A stretch of DNA of 64,000 nucleotides, taken from assembly GCF_006345805.1 (NCBI RefSeq), contig NC_043005.1, forward strand, positions 105,834,001 through 105,898,000. Reading direction: 5' to 3'. The position numbers were made by a program, and so were the translations under genes. The DNA comes from Octopus sinensis (Eukaryota). The notes below the pieces were generated by a model. The model saw only the letters and a program-made list of their open reading frames with translations, was not told the DNA's origin and did not search any database. This document shows, piece by piece, positions 51,381 to 64,000 of this stretch (its first letter is position 1; each line of letters begins with the position of its first letter).

Positions 51381-51960
51381 CACACAGTTTCTGTCTACCA
51401 AATCCACTCACAGGAATTTGGTCAGCCCGAGACTATGGTAGGAGACACATGCCCAAGGTGCCACACAGTGGGACTGAACCCGGAACCATGTGGTTGGTAA
51501 GCATTTTATTTATGTTCCATTGACAACACATACTATTTCCATGCACATCATATTTACTACACATTTGCAGTAAAACTACTACATGTCACATGTCCTATTA
51601 CTCACATGGCCTATTTATCACACATATTCTATTGAGAACACATGAACTACTTACCACAAATATCTTGTTACACATGTTCAATTGGATAACATGTACTATT
51701 TACTACACATGGTGTAAATGTACCACCTGTACTATATGCTACACATGCTATTCATCACACATGTTCTATTGATAGCACATGTCCTCCTTTCAGTTCATGT
51801 CCTATTTACTCCACATGCCCTATTTATCCCATGTATCCTTTTTACAATATATCTCCTACTAAACACATATGCTCAATTACTATATCTGTCCTATTTGCCA
51901 TATGCCCTATTTACCTAACAACTATATACAATATTCTATTTACAATACACCTCTTACTAA
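50900..51960. repeat. Degenerate ~18-bp minisatellite (cacatgtcctatttacta) split by SINE C
   Basis: Recurrent acatgtcctattt motifs on both sides of 51120-51502. Confidence 0.7.
51120..51502 (-). mobile_element. SINE family C
   Basis: RC homolog of 11762-12187. Confidence 0.85.
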
Positions 51961-52608
51961 GTTAGATTCTCCAAATTGTTTTCTATTTGCTCACCTTTTC
52001 TTATTCTTTTAAAGAATTGTTGCAAAATACAATACTTCAGTTGTAAGACCTCACTCACACCTTCACTCCTCTCTCTCTCTCTCTCTCTCTCCTATGACTC
52101 TATCCTTACTTCTCTCTTTTCTCTATCAATCTATCTCTCTATTTATCTCTGCCTGCCTCTCTTGCTCATCTATCCATCTAACTATTTATGTAATCTTTTT
52201 TGAAGGTGTAGAAATAAAATAAATAAGAAATGAAATACCCTACATTCATACATAAATATCAAGCATTCAACATATATATGTATGCATATATATATATGTG
52301 TGTGTGTGTGTGTATATATACACTCACACACACATATAGACATATATACACATACACACACACATATATACACACACACAGATGCATGCATACATTATAT
52401 TCATATATACATACAGACAATTTAAATAAATCTCAACTATATACACACATACACACACATACATACACACATATATATGCACACACTCACATATATACAT
52501 ACCTGGTGACACATAAGTCTTTCAAGAGAGTGTAGATAAAAAAGCTGTTAAATGCTGCTTTACTAATGGGACTTCATAAGTGTGCGTATGTATCAATTTA
52601 AGCATGAA

Positions 52609-52646
<38 letters not shown>

Positions 52647-54709
52647 GTAGGTATGTGTGTGTACACACACACACACACACACACACATACAAATATACAT
52701 ATTTGTATGTGCTTTTATTCATGTGGTTTTCTCTCTCCTTTTCTCTTTCTTCCTTTTTGTATCTACATACAAATATTCATACATACATATATATATTTTC
52801 ATAAAAGCAAAAAAAAAGATGAAAATAAAACAAAGAGACCATTAAACAAACAGACAAAAATAATAAAATAAATCAAAGCTATAAAAACACACACAAAAAC
52901 ATTAAAACAAAAAAGAAAATCAGAAAACAAAACAAAAATACAAGAACACAATGTAACAAGAACACTCAAGTGTGATGAAGAAGTTAAGATTCCAAGTTTT
53001 TTAAAACTGACAAGAATACATGTTAGGAAAACAGCTGATAGAGTCTGGAAAGAGCCTTGAGTAGCAGTGTGTTGCAACAGTTAACAGACTTCTCCAGTTA
53101 CATAGAATTATCTAGAAACAAATACCATTTGGAGGAGTTGAATAGCGAAATAAATAAAATGCAAGATATAAATAAATAATATAATACGAGAAATAATTAA
53201 ATAAATAAATAGATAATATAATAAAGAAATAAAGAAACAGATAGATAAATAGATTCTGTCTCCATATTTTTTATGCTTTTCTTTTGTCTTTTTTTAACTC
53301 TCTGCCACTGTTAGATTACACACACATACACACACACACATATGTGCTACTTTGTATAACTTTATATATTCATATATATAATAATATATATATGTACATA
53401 TACTTGTGCATGTGTGTGTGTATGGTATCAGGTGAGTATATATTTTTATAAATAACTGACTACTACAAACATGAGTTTTGTGCCCAAAGAAGCAATTGAT
53501 TATATATATATGTATATATATTTTATATTATATATATATATATAACTTCTTTATATTTTCATTTGTCTCTGCATCTTAGCTATACTTAAATATAACCATT
53601 CTAAACCCAATTATTTTTCCCACTTTTATTGAGCTCTTTGCTAAATGCTTTGTCTAAAAGAAATATTTTCATTGTGATAGTGCATTTCTTATTTATTAAA
53701 ATAGCAAAATTATGTAATTTTATTTTAAATTTTTAACGTATATTTTGGTATGCAGAATACTTATTGCAAAGTATTTTCAAGCTGTGTGTATTTCTATCTT
53801 CGATATTATGAAAATAGAAATATGAATAATATTGAAAAGGGAAAAACTGAAATTTTGATATTTTGGAATTTCAGTAATTTGATTCAGTAAGTCTGTGATT
53901 TTATTCCTGAGTGTATATAACTAAACATTAAATTTGAGATAAGACTGTGCATCTCAAACTTACTTCAGAAGAGATTCTACTATGCAAATTTTGGTCTTTA
54001 CCACATTGAAAGATTCTTCTTCTAAATGGTTACACAATGAAAGTTATTAAGATGTTAACCAACATATTTAAAAAGTTAAATATATAAATCACAGCTGATT
54101 TAAATCTAAATAAAGTTGATTTCTGAGGTGCATCTCTAAGTATTAGCAACTATTGACCCTGTAACAAACCTTACAAGGAATTGAAGTATATCAATATAGA
54201 TTCCAACCATTCGTCATGCTCCTTAGATACTTGCTTATACTGTCCATTATTATGATGACACACTACAAGACAACTTCAAAGATAGAATACATTATACTAA
54301 CATACAAACAGCACTAATTCCTGAAATCACAAAATGGAAATTAAAACATATGATACAATATTTTACATAGTTTACATGTTTGTCCCAGTGTTGTAAGCAT
54401 TTTCTGAAACTTAAATAAGTATTTCTCTGCAGATCATAAATTTCAGAAATTCTTTAACAGAAATTGGATTAAAGTAAACTACAACTGCACCGAAGCGTTT
54501 ATACTACCATAACCATTATAAACACATAGACACAGACACACACACACACACAAACTTTCCATATTATTTGCAGGGTTTTGCTGCAAATAACAGTGAAGCA
54601 AAAAACTATATAAAGATTTTTGCAACATATATACATAGAGACACCCAGAAATGTGCCTCACTGCATCATTATCCAAATATATCTTTAAGTTACCAAATTT
54701 TGATTTTGT

Positions 54710-55396
54710 TTTCAAATTTTGGCCCAAAGCCAGTCATTTTGGGGTTGATTCCATTGACCCCAGTGCTTAACTGGTATTTACTTTATTGTCCCTGAAAGGA
54801 TGAAAAGCAGAGTTGAGCTCAGCATTATTTGAAGCCAGAACATAAAGACATAAAATGCTGCTAAACATTTTTCCTGGTGTGGTAAGGATTCTGCCTGCTT
54901 GCTGCCACAGGGAATGGTAATACTGGCACTCCGTCGATTATGATGGTGAGGGTTCTAGGGAGATTAATTTCTCAGGGATTTAGTTTTCAGTGTTACCCTT
55001 TGAAATACAGGTACTACTCATTTTTGTCAGCTGAGCGAACTGGAACAATGGAAAATAAAGTGTCTTGCCCAAGAACACAGCATGTCACTGGGAATTGAAC
55101 TCCTGACCATACGATCGTGAGCTGAATACCCTAACCACTAAGCCACATGCTTTCACATTCACAGGAAATGACAATTTTTATATTCTAAATCCAACAAGAG
55201 CAACCGACTTTTGCAATTTTGAATCAAAGATGAGACTTAGTGAATCCTTGCAGACACTTTCATTGGTATTCGTTAAGGAATTTCTAAATTACAACTGGGC
55301 CATTGCAAAAGACACTTAGCCAAGGTGCCTCGTAGTAGGAATGAACCGAAGACCACATTGCTGGGAAGAAAACTTCGTAATGACACAGCTATGCCA
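54710..55396 (-). mobile_element. Cluster of SINE A (54710-54908), SINE B (54920-55155) and partial SINE C (55290-55396)
   Basis: Homology to the copies above. Confidence 0.75.
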
Positions 55397-55454
55397 TATA
55401 TATACATATACATATCCTTATACAAATACATACACACACACATACATACATACA

Positions 55455-55500
<46 letters not shown>

Positions 55501-55509
55501 CACATATAA

Positions 55510-55547
<38 letters not shown>

Positions 55548-57251
55548 GTACACACATACAAAGATGTACAGATGGTCATATTTATCTATGTAAATTTGGA
55601 TCTTAATATATTTGCCAGTCCATGGGTACAGGAAGGAAAACACTCAAACACCCACGCATCTTCATATTAATTTAAACTAACATATTTATTCCCTAAAACT
55701 AACAATATAACATATACACATAGGTATTCACACACACACATACTTGGAGAATCATGTATACACACAAATATGCATATAGGGAGAAACATATTTTACACTC
55801 TACTACACACAGTAATTGATATAAACACCAGATTATATACCCCTTTGTAGGCATTAGCACGGTATTACACACACATTTATACACTCACTTACCCCATCCT
55901 CACACATACCCACTCATTCCCCACTCCACACTAGCAAACATTTATATCCCCAATATATGAGGAAGATTCTACATAGTCCCTAAACCACTAGAAATAACAG
56001 TCAAATTTCTCTCAAAATTTATAAACTAAAAATATAGATTAGGTATGACTGTTATAGATATTATAAACTAAAAAGACAGGATGGCCGTGGCCAGAATGTC
56101 TTTGATTATAGGTCTATCTACTTGATTATGTTTAACCTGGGTTAAATAGCAACAAAGACAAGGCCACATGTGTTCACACATACACTCACATATTCACATG
56201 CACACATAATTAACCATAACAATAAGAGAAGCTTCAATTCATTGACTCAAACTAGTAAACATTTTAGCTAAATCTCCCCCAAACAACACAATACTGTCTT
56301 AAGAAATGACACATTTGATAAAATAGTCCTAGATACACGATGCGTGTCTGAAGTAAAAGACAAGATGATTTTAGGAAAACTTTGTGAAGGCTAATGAATG
56401 AGGGTGGTGAAACAGCAATTAATGAATATGCATCATCATCATCATCCTCCTCCTCATCATCATCATCATCATCATCATTCTCATCCTCATCATCCTCATC
56501 ATCATCATCATCATCATCTCTTTGATCATATGTCTGCTCAACCAGGTATGACTTAGGACCCATTCTGCATTTTAACGCAAGTTAGAGCAATTATATCTTA
56601 AAGCCTTCTCATCCATAGGGGGAGGTGGCTCAAAGTAGTGAAAAAGCATCTGCTTTTTTACTAATTTGTAATTGTTTTAACAAGGGGTCCCTATACTTTA
56701 TACAGCTTAGAGCTTCACAATAACTGAACCTGGAAGTGCTAATAAAAACAATAAAAACAACAATAAAACAATAAAAACAACACAAACAAGAACACATTCG
56801 CATGCATATGTATGCATGCACACAAACATGCTTTATAACAAACTTGATCTTCCTTATGTTTGAACACTTGCATACTTACGTATTCATATACTCACAGGTA
56901 TACATTATGCTTGCATTTCGCTTGTAGCTGTCTGTTGAATCCAAAGTGAATGATTTTTCCAAAACCTTGATATGGAGCTTTGGTTGCATATGTGTGTGTG
57001 TGTGGGGGGGTCTGTGTGTGTGTGTGTGTGTGATGGAATTTAGGTTTGGAAATTTCCTCATAAAGTATTTGTCAACTTAAGTAACAGAAGACCTTTACAA
57101 AGCATTGAAACCCGATGCACATGCTTGCAAAATAGTTTCTTAACCATGAACCAATATCTGAACACGCACACACACATTTTATGTGAAGAATCTTTGAATT
57201 ATTACTCTGATCTTCACTTGAATATTGATAAAAGGTGTTTTTTTGTAATTT

Positions 57252-57296
<45 letters not shown>

Positions 57297-57389
57297 TATA
57301 TATATACATGCATTTTCATACACACATACTAACACACACACACTCATACACAAACATATATATATATATTTGTAATAAATGTCTATATA

Positions 57390-57614
57390 TATTCGGAGGT
57401 GCTGAAAAGTTACTAACTTTAAGTGTTTTGTGAACGGCCTGGTTAGAGACTCAACCTTCTGAGTTCGTTTACAGGGTTTAGAAAAACTGAAGGACCACTG
57501 CAACAAGTATGTGATTCTGAGTCTGAGAGGGAACATGTTCAATAAAATCAAAGTAACTGATCCTCCTGCATTTTATTTTAACCCAAACCAGGAACTTTTC
57601 AGCACCACTTTGTA
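57390..57614. mobile_element. Mariner-derived MITE
   Basis: TIR ggtgctgaaaagtt / aacttttcagcacc. Confidence 0.8.
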
Positions 57615-57680
57615 TATATAAAATTTGTATATATATATATATATATATTTTTTTTTTTCAGTATGTGATGATTTTAGAAG

Positions 57681-57728
57681 GTCTTACAGCTGTTTCCAGG
57701 ATATTTATTATATCCCTTCATTGGAGAC
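57681..57728 (-). ncRNA. Degenerate hammerhead at the PLE 3' end
   Basis: GUCU-CCAAUGA-AGGGAUA(..)UAUCCUG-GAAAC-AGCU-GUA^AGAC; two core substitutions. Confidence 0.5.
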
Positions 57729-57909
57729 GGTGTGAGAGAATGTTTAAGAAATAGTTAATTTAGATAAGATATGGAATAAAAAGCGAAGTAGAGGAATGAA
57801 AATAGATGTGAGATATGCAGGGATACTGGATTTGTAGATCCATTATTTAAGTAGAATGGTATACATATAAGATTCCAATACCTTGTGAGTAAATTCCAAT
57901 AGTATTTAA

Positions 57910-58854
57910 AATTGGTCATTCCAAGTATAGAGTTTTGTACACAGTGCTATTGAATCAAGAGTAAATAATGCAGTTTTTTCAATTACATGAACTAAAAGTC
58001 AGAGGGCGACGGGATAAACTACCTGCATCAATTTGCTATAAAAGCAGGTAGTAATTTTACCTTGTCCTTATTCTTTGTACAAGTTTTGAAGACTGAAGTT
58101 TAGTTTTAACAGTTATTTTTTCAAAGTTATAATGGAAGTGACAAAGGAGCATATTCGGCCTATTTTGCATTATGAGTTCAATAAAGGCAACAACACAAGG
58201 GAAAATGCAGGGAATATGCAGTATACGGAGATTGGACAATAATTGTGAGCTAGTGTCATTGGTGGTTCCAGAAATTCTGAGCCAGAAACTACAGCCTAGA
58301 AGACAAGCCTCATTCTGGAAGATCTTTTAGAGCTCAACAAGGACATCCTGAAAACTCTGGTGGAGCAAAATCCCATTGTAACTGTTGAGGAACTAGCAGA
58401 GAATCTTGGATTTGGTCATTCAACCAGTTATTCAAAGTAGCACTAGAAGAAAACAACCATCTTTGGTTTCAAGATGAAAGGTGTTCTTCCATCAGGATAA
58501 TGCTCAGCTGTGAGGATGACATTCCAAAGGCTGCAGCAGTTTGAATGGGAAATGATGCTCCAGCCATCATATCCACTGAACATTACCCCATCTGATTATC
58601 ATTTATTCCGTAGTCTTCAAAACCATTTGGATGGAAAAAATATGAATTCTGTCCATGAGATCAGAATAGTAGTGTAATTTTTCATCACAGACAAGTGAAT
58701 TTTGGAAGAGGGATATTGAAAGTCTACCAGATAGATGGAAGTGCATTGTAGAAAATAAAAGAGAGTATATTTTAGATAAAAAGGAACTTGGTTTATCTTA
58801 ATTTTGAAAAATAAAAGAAATATAAAAAACCGCATTATTTATGGGATGACCCAA
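57910..58854 (+). mobile_element. Mariner (DD34D-type) transposon with internal deletion
   Basis: MEVTKEHIRPILHYEFNKG from 58132; WFQKF; HQDNA; ITPSDYHLFRSLQNHLDGK; right TIR ataatgcgg..gggatgacccaa-ta. Confidence 0.85.
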
Positions 58855-60860
58855 TATATACATCTTTGTGAAAATAAATATTTTCCAATCTATTTTTATT
58901 AGTAATGTGCTGTGTAGTACATTGCAATGCAGCTGTGTTTTAAATCTACAGAAAAATGCCATACCGATTTGGCCAATTTAACTGATAGGGTCATGAAATT
59001 TACAATTTTCACGTTTGTAATCAAATTTGTCAGTGACATTGGACATTATTATCTTGTTCACAAATTTGCATCGTTGTGGTATGTTTTTTATAATAATGTT
59101 TAGAATTTTAGTGTTTTTGTAGTAAGAAACAGTTTTAATTTATAGTTTGGTGCAGTGTGTACCGAGTTCTGGTTTACAAGGTTTTTAACAAACTGCTGAT
59201 CTATTTCGTTTGTATTTTATTCATATGAAACAATGTCTGTTTTGGATGTTACTTTTTTTTTTTTAGAGTTGCAACCAACAGATAGTGTTAGCAATTGAAA
59301 AACCAATGGAAATACAGTTTCGTTGGCTCACTCAGAAAATTACCTATGATGCAATTGTCAATTTTCAATAGATGCTTATCAGGATGCTCTCTTCTTGTAT
59401 TATTCTATGGCTTGCTCTGTTACTTTCTTACAATACCTGTTGTTGACAAAATGTTTGTTTTATTCTGTAGATTTATCTGCAGTATTGCTTGTAGAGGAGA
59501 ATCTAAATGTTTTAAATAGGAATGTTACCACCAACATTTTGTATTTTTGTGGACATGCACTGTGTCCACCTTAAGTATAAACATTTATTTGTCTTTGGTG
59601 TAAACAGAAGAAATGCATCTGTTGTTTTCTCTCTGAATGTTTATGTTTCAAAACTGAATCAATTTATTGATAAAAGTTTCATTTTTACAACTCTGGATGT
59701 TGAATTTTAATGTAGGGTTGTTTTCTAGTTATTCCCTGAATTTCCTGATGTCTGCCTCTATGTGTGGCAAGAATATTGTCCCCATGCAATTAGGTTTTGG
59801 TACCACTAACTCTCAACTAGGGCCATTTGGGGAGCTGGGATGTTGGGGAGGGGTCTAAGAGAGGAAATATTCCATCTTTATTTTGGTTAATACATTTTGT
59901 TTTGTTGATAGCAAAAGAGTGCTTTTGCTGCATCGTAGACTAGTAATTACTTCAATAGATTAATTGTTATTGTGAACGACTTTGTTTTGGGTTGATTGTA
60001 TACAGCATTTGATATTATAGTTCTTATCGTTTTTGCCACTGGAATATTGGTAAACAGGGTTTCTCTACAACTAAGCCAGAAATGTTGCCCACTTCAACAG
60101 TTCCTTACACGATCTCAAGAAACTCTTTAGAAGACCATTCACTGTATCTCTCTAGTGTTTATTCTTTGATATTATTGTTTACCAATTCCGTGTGTTTGCA
60201 TCCATTTTCCAAATATAACAAATCAAAGAATGATATTTTGTTTCTGTGTGTTTACTGCTCCCTAGATATCTGCGTATGTGAATACCCTCTCAATGTAGGG
60301 GAAATAAGGGCTCCTATTTATGTGTTTATCACTGTAATTAGTTTATTCAGTTTAACTCTTCGTTAAGTATTATTATCTTTCTGAATCCTTACAGATAGGA
60401 TTTTGTTGTTAAGCAGCTTGTTTGTTTTTGCCAAATATTCCTCTTTATCCATGATTACAGCTGTATTTCTTTTGTTACTCCTGCTTATTATGTGTTGAAA
60501 TCATTTAAGTCTCATGCTGAATATTTTCATATTGTTGTGTGGGTTTGTAATCATATTACATTCATGTTGGAGTAAGTCTTGAAGTTCATTATTTACGATT
60601 GTTTTTATCTCTGAAGTTTTCAGTGGTTGGAGAGAATTGTTTAACTTTAATTACTTTCAGTTTTAAGCATATTTTGCTGTAATCATACAAAAAGCTAAGG
60701 ATCGTAAGTTGATCTGGGCTGAGTTTTTGATAAGAGAGGCTAATGTGGTTACCTTCTTGACCAATTTTCCTTTTCTAGAGTTTATCTAGTTTATCTAACA
60801 TTGCTAAGTCTAATTCACCATGAAAGGGATGACTGTATACTATCAAGAACTGTGTACATA

Positions 60861-62021
60861 CCAGGTTGAGTCAAAAACTTTTTGTATTTCAAGCTTTGAT
60901 TTATAATACAAGTGTATTACATATGAAAAGCATTTATTCATTACAATATATCCCATTGTCTGTTGCCATCATTGTTGCAGATACTCAATTTCAAACTCAT
61001 ATTATTTGGCTGCTTTAGAGGCATAAACCTCCTTGCACCCATTTCAACCTCATTCATATTATTGAACCTCCGTCCAGTTAGGAAGCAAGCCATGACTTTG
61101 AAAATATGGTAATCTGATGGTGCAAGGTCTGGACTGTAGGCAGGGTGAAGCAGCGTTTCCATCCCCTCAAGCTAGTCAAGTTTGCACCTGGTCCCATTGG
61201 CATTATGCGCTGGGACGTTCATACTGTAGGAGTGCATGTCTTTGATTGACCAATGCTGGGTAGTGGGCTTTCAAAGCATCATATACTCACTGCAGTTGCC
61301 AAGAATAAAGGTCATCATTTACAGCATGACCATCTGAGACAAGCTCAAAGGGCAACATCACCATGAAATTCCATCAAACACACAACATGACCTTCTGTTT
61401 AAATCACAACAGGTTCTGAAACCTGAATGAAAGGAAGCCATTGATTTTTCTTGTTAGATCCATTTTTCATCCCCAATTACAATTTGTTGCCAAAAATAGT
61501 CATCTCAAAGATTTGCCAGCAGCTGTTTGCTAATGTTTATACATCACCGAGCCTGGTCATTGGTCATTTTTTGAGATGCTTCTTGACTGTGTCCGTTCAC
61601 AAGGCCAAGCTTATGGAAGTGTCAACTGATGGTACTTTGGGTCTCCTTGACTTTGGTCTGTCTCTGAGGTTGATGTGACCTTCCTTGAAATGTCTGAACT
61701 AGTCCTGTGCCACGTGTTCATTGACAGTTCCTGGGCCTTTCACATCATTAATTTCTTTTACTCCTGCCTTTGCACTCAGTCCTTTTTTCCAAATGTAGAG
61801 TAAAATGGCTCTGAATCCAATTTTTTTCAGCTCTCATTATCAAAGCTGCAGAATAGAGAATAAGCAATTAATGCTTACAATTATCATATATGGAAACAAA
61901 TAGCAAACAATTCAGCAACAATTCAGCAATTAGTTGTATCAAATTAACGATATAACATAGAGACACAAGTCACCCAAAACATCATTAGTGAAAATCAGAG
62001 AAACCTTTTGTCTCAAACTGA
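60861..62021 (-). mobile_element. Mariner (DD34D-type) transposon, decayed
   Basis: LLHPAYSPDLAPSDYHIF; degenerate TIRs ccaggttgagtcaaaa / ttttgtctcaaactga. Confidence 0.85.
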
Positions 62022-62979
62022 TGTGTTATTAATAAATATTTCTTACTGCTTTATCAATATCTCTCTTCAACTGTAGAATTTTTCCTTGTTTGGTATATCC
62101 TTGGTTGCTGTGAGTATATATGATTTAATCAATTTCTTCCAGAAATCTCACATTTTACCTATATTCATTTTTTGTCTTAACATGCTGTTTTATATTAATG
62201 TGAGGTAGAGATATTCTTATAGATTCACAGTATTGGATATGCAACAGAGTTTAAGTATAATATTTTTTATCTAGTTTCTGTTTTTTTTGTATCTTTTTTT
62301 TTTGTATCTTCTTGCATTTTGTTTTGCAAAAGTGACATTGCTAAATCCATTGACATTTTCATCCCTCACAAGGCCTATTTATTTAGTGAGGCTCTACACA
62401 AGCTTGTCAAATGTACCTTTTGGGAAGTGAAGTAATGTATAGATGAAACAACTTTGCAAGCTGTATTGTGTGGATCCAATCTGGGAGCATATAGAACTGA
62501 AAATTGATGGCAACTGACATAGAGTAGAAGATTTCACAGCTCAAGCATTACTTCTTTATAGTCAGCCTATGAATTTTTTTGTCCACTCTCTTATGATTAT
62601 AGCAAGAATTCTTTAGAAAACATCTTTATGTGACACAAACTCTAATAAAACCATATATATGAGCGTGTCATATACATATGTCATTAAACACCAAACTCTA
62701 TGACAACTTCCTAATCATTAATGCCTGGTCATCTTAGCTAAAACAAAGCCCAGGTAAATATGGAATCCAAAATACATAACTACCATCAAAATGCCATAAA
62801 ATTCCAAATAACAAGGACATTCCTCCCTGTATACAAATCATTTCCAAAATTTTGGAGAAGAACTTGCAATGGCAGAGTAAGTATTTAAGAATGGATCTAG
62901 CTGAAAGATCTATTTTACTTGCTTAACGAGCAACATCTTAACATTGTCAATGAAATTTCTGCCCCCCACCCCCCACCAC

Positions 62980-63330
62980 CACTGCTACAACTGCTACCAT
63001 CATCATAACCACCATGACCACCACTACTGCTGCTGCCGCCGCCACCATTAATGTTTATACTATCACTCCCACAGCCACTACCACTACTACTATCACACTG
63101 CTAGCGCCAACACCGTCATCAATAATACTGCCACCACCCCTGCTAACATCAACACCACCGCCATTAGTACAACCATCTTCAGGTGCACCACTACTTTCCC
63201 TAGTGCTCCCACCACTGTCAACAGTATCATTATAGTCTTCATCATCTCCACCAGCACCACCACGACTATTACCACTGCTACCACTACCATCACCGTTGTC
63301 GTCGTCGTCATCATCATCCTCATCACCCAC
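62980..63330. repeat. Degenerate (ACC/CAT)n trinucleotide array
   Basis: Direct inspection. Confidence 0.9.
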
Positions 63331-63572
63331 AACATGAAACACCTTGTCTTCCCATGTTTCTCTCCCTCTCATCAATCTGTTGAGATTAGGGACCAGACCA
63401 TAAGAAATAAAAAGTTTAAAAAATCCCCCCAAAAATCCTTAAGAAATCAGGTTTGGATTATAGCATGAAACCATAAACAAGCTTTTCCTTTATTTAATTA
63501 TATTTACATACAGATGTTTGTGTGCTCATGTGTACGTGGGTGGGCACACACACACACACACATATATATATG

Positions 63573-63603
<31 letters not shown>

Positions 63604-63710
63604 GTATATATATGTATATATATATGTATATATATATATATGTGTATATATATATATGTATGTATATAGTATATAGTATATAAATACACACACATATATA
63701 TATGTATGTG

Positions 63711-63760
<50 letters not shown>

Positions 63761-63806
63761 TATATTTACATACATATATATACATGTATATATATGCATA
63801 TATAAG

Positions 63807-63843
<37 letters not shown>

Positions 63844-64000
63844 GTATGTGGTGTGTGTGTGCGTATATATGCATATATATACATGTATATATATGTATGT
63901 AAATGTATATATATATATATATATTGTATACACACTTATATATTTATATGCATGTGTGTTTGTGTGTGTGTGTGTATGTATGGGTGTATATTACATATAT

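Larger units (their letters stand above)
57681..62300 (-). mobile_element. Decayed Penelope-like element (RT + GIY-YIG + 3' hammerhead) with two nested mariners
   Basis: IISRSNKRNTAVIMDKEEYLAK (~60440), LFTNIPVAKTI (~60040), LENNPTLKF (~59710), SVYTK..SACPQKYK..VNNRY (59430-59610), SYYKNTKILNIIIKN (~59110), SNVTDKF..IGQ..R (58930-59045); right boundary uncertain. Confidence 0.75.

Noticed and set aside
5451-63935. Numerous ORFs rich in YI/MYVC/HT/I/N/V/T/P repeats
   Set aside because: Translations of (TA)n, (TACA)n, (CA)n, (ATT)n and (GGT)n microsatellites; no coding evidence

Overview
Eukaryotic, AT-rich and extremely repeat-dense 64 kb window, most likely intronic or intergenic DNA of an octopod cephalopod. 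That assignment is inferred from the recalled SINE families and the microsatellite load, and is not proven. Almost all ORFs in the supplied track are microsatellite artefacts. Real coding signal is limited to transposon relics: RTE-clade LINEs, a Tx1/L1-clade LINE 3' end with an open C-terminal ORF, two R4/Dong-like fragments, one reconstructable Penelope-like element (RT + GIY-YIG), and a maT/Tc1-like and several mariner transposases. There are at least five SINE families, piggyBac-like and mariner-like MITEs, and many microsatellites. No host gene, rRNA, true tRNA or CRISPR array can be supported; only weak candidate exons were seen. The most notable observations are (1) eight type-I hammerhead-ribozyme folds of several different Penelope-like families, including a complete copy in both arms of a 1.36 kb inverted duplication; (2) a Tx1-like LINE sitting in a (TATC)n tract whose 3' end matches the tail of the commonest SINE; and (3) several near-perfect foldback palindromes. 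All family names come from motif recognition by eye; no database search was run.
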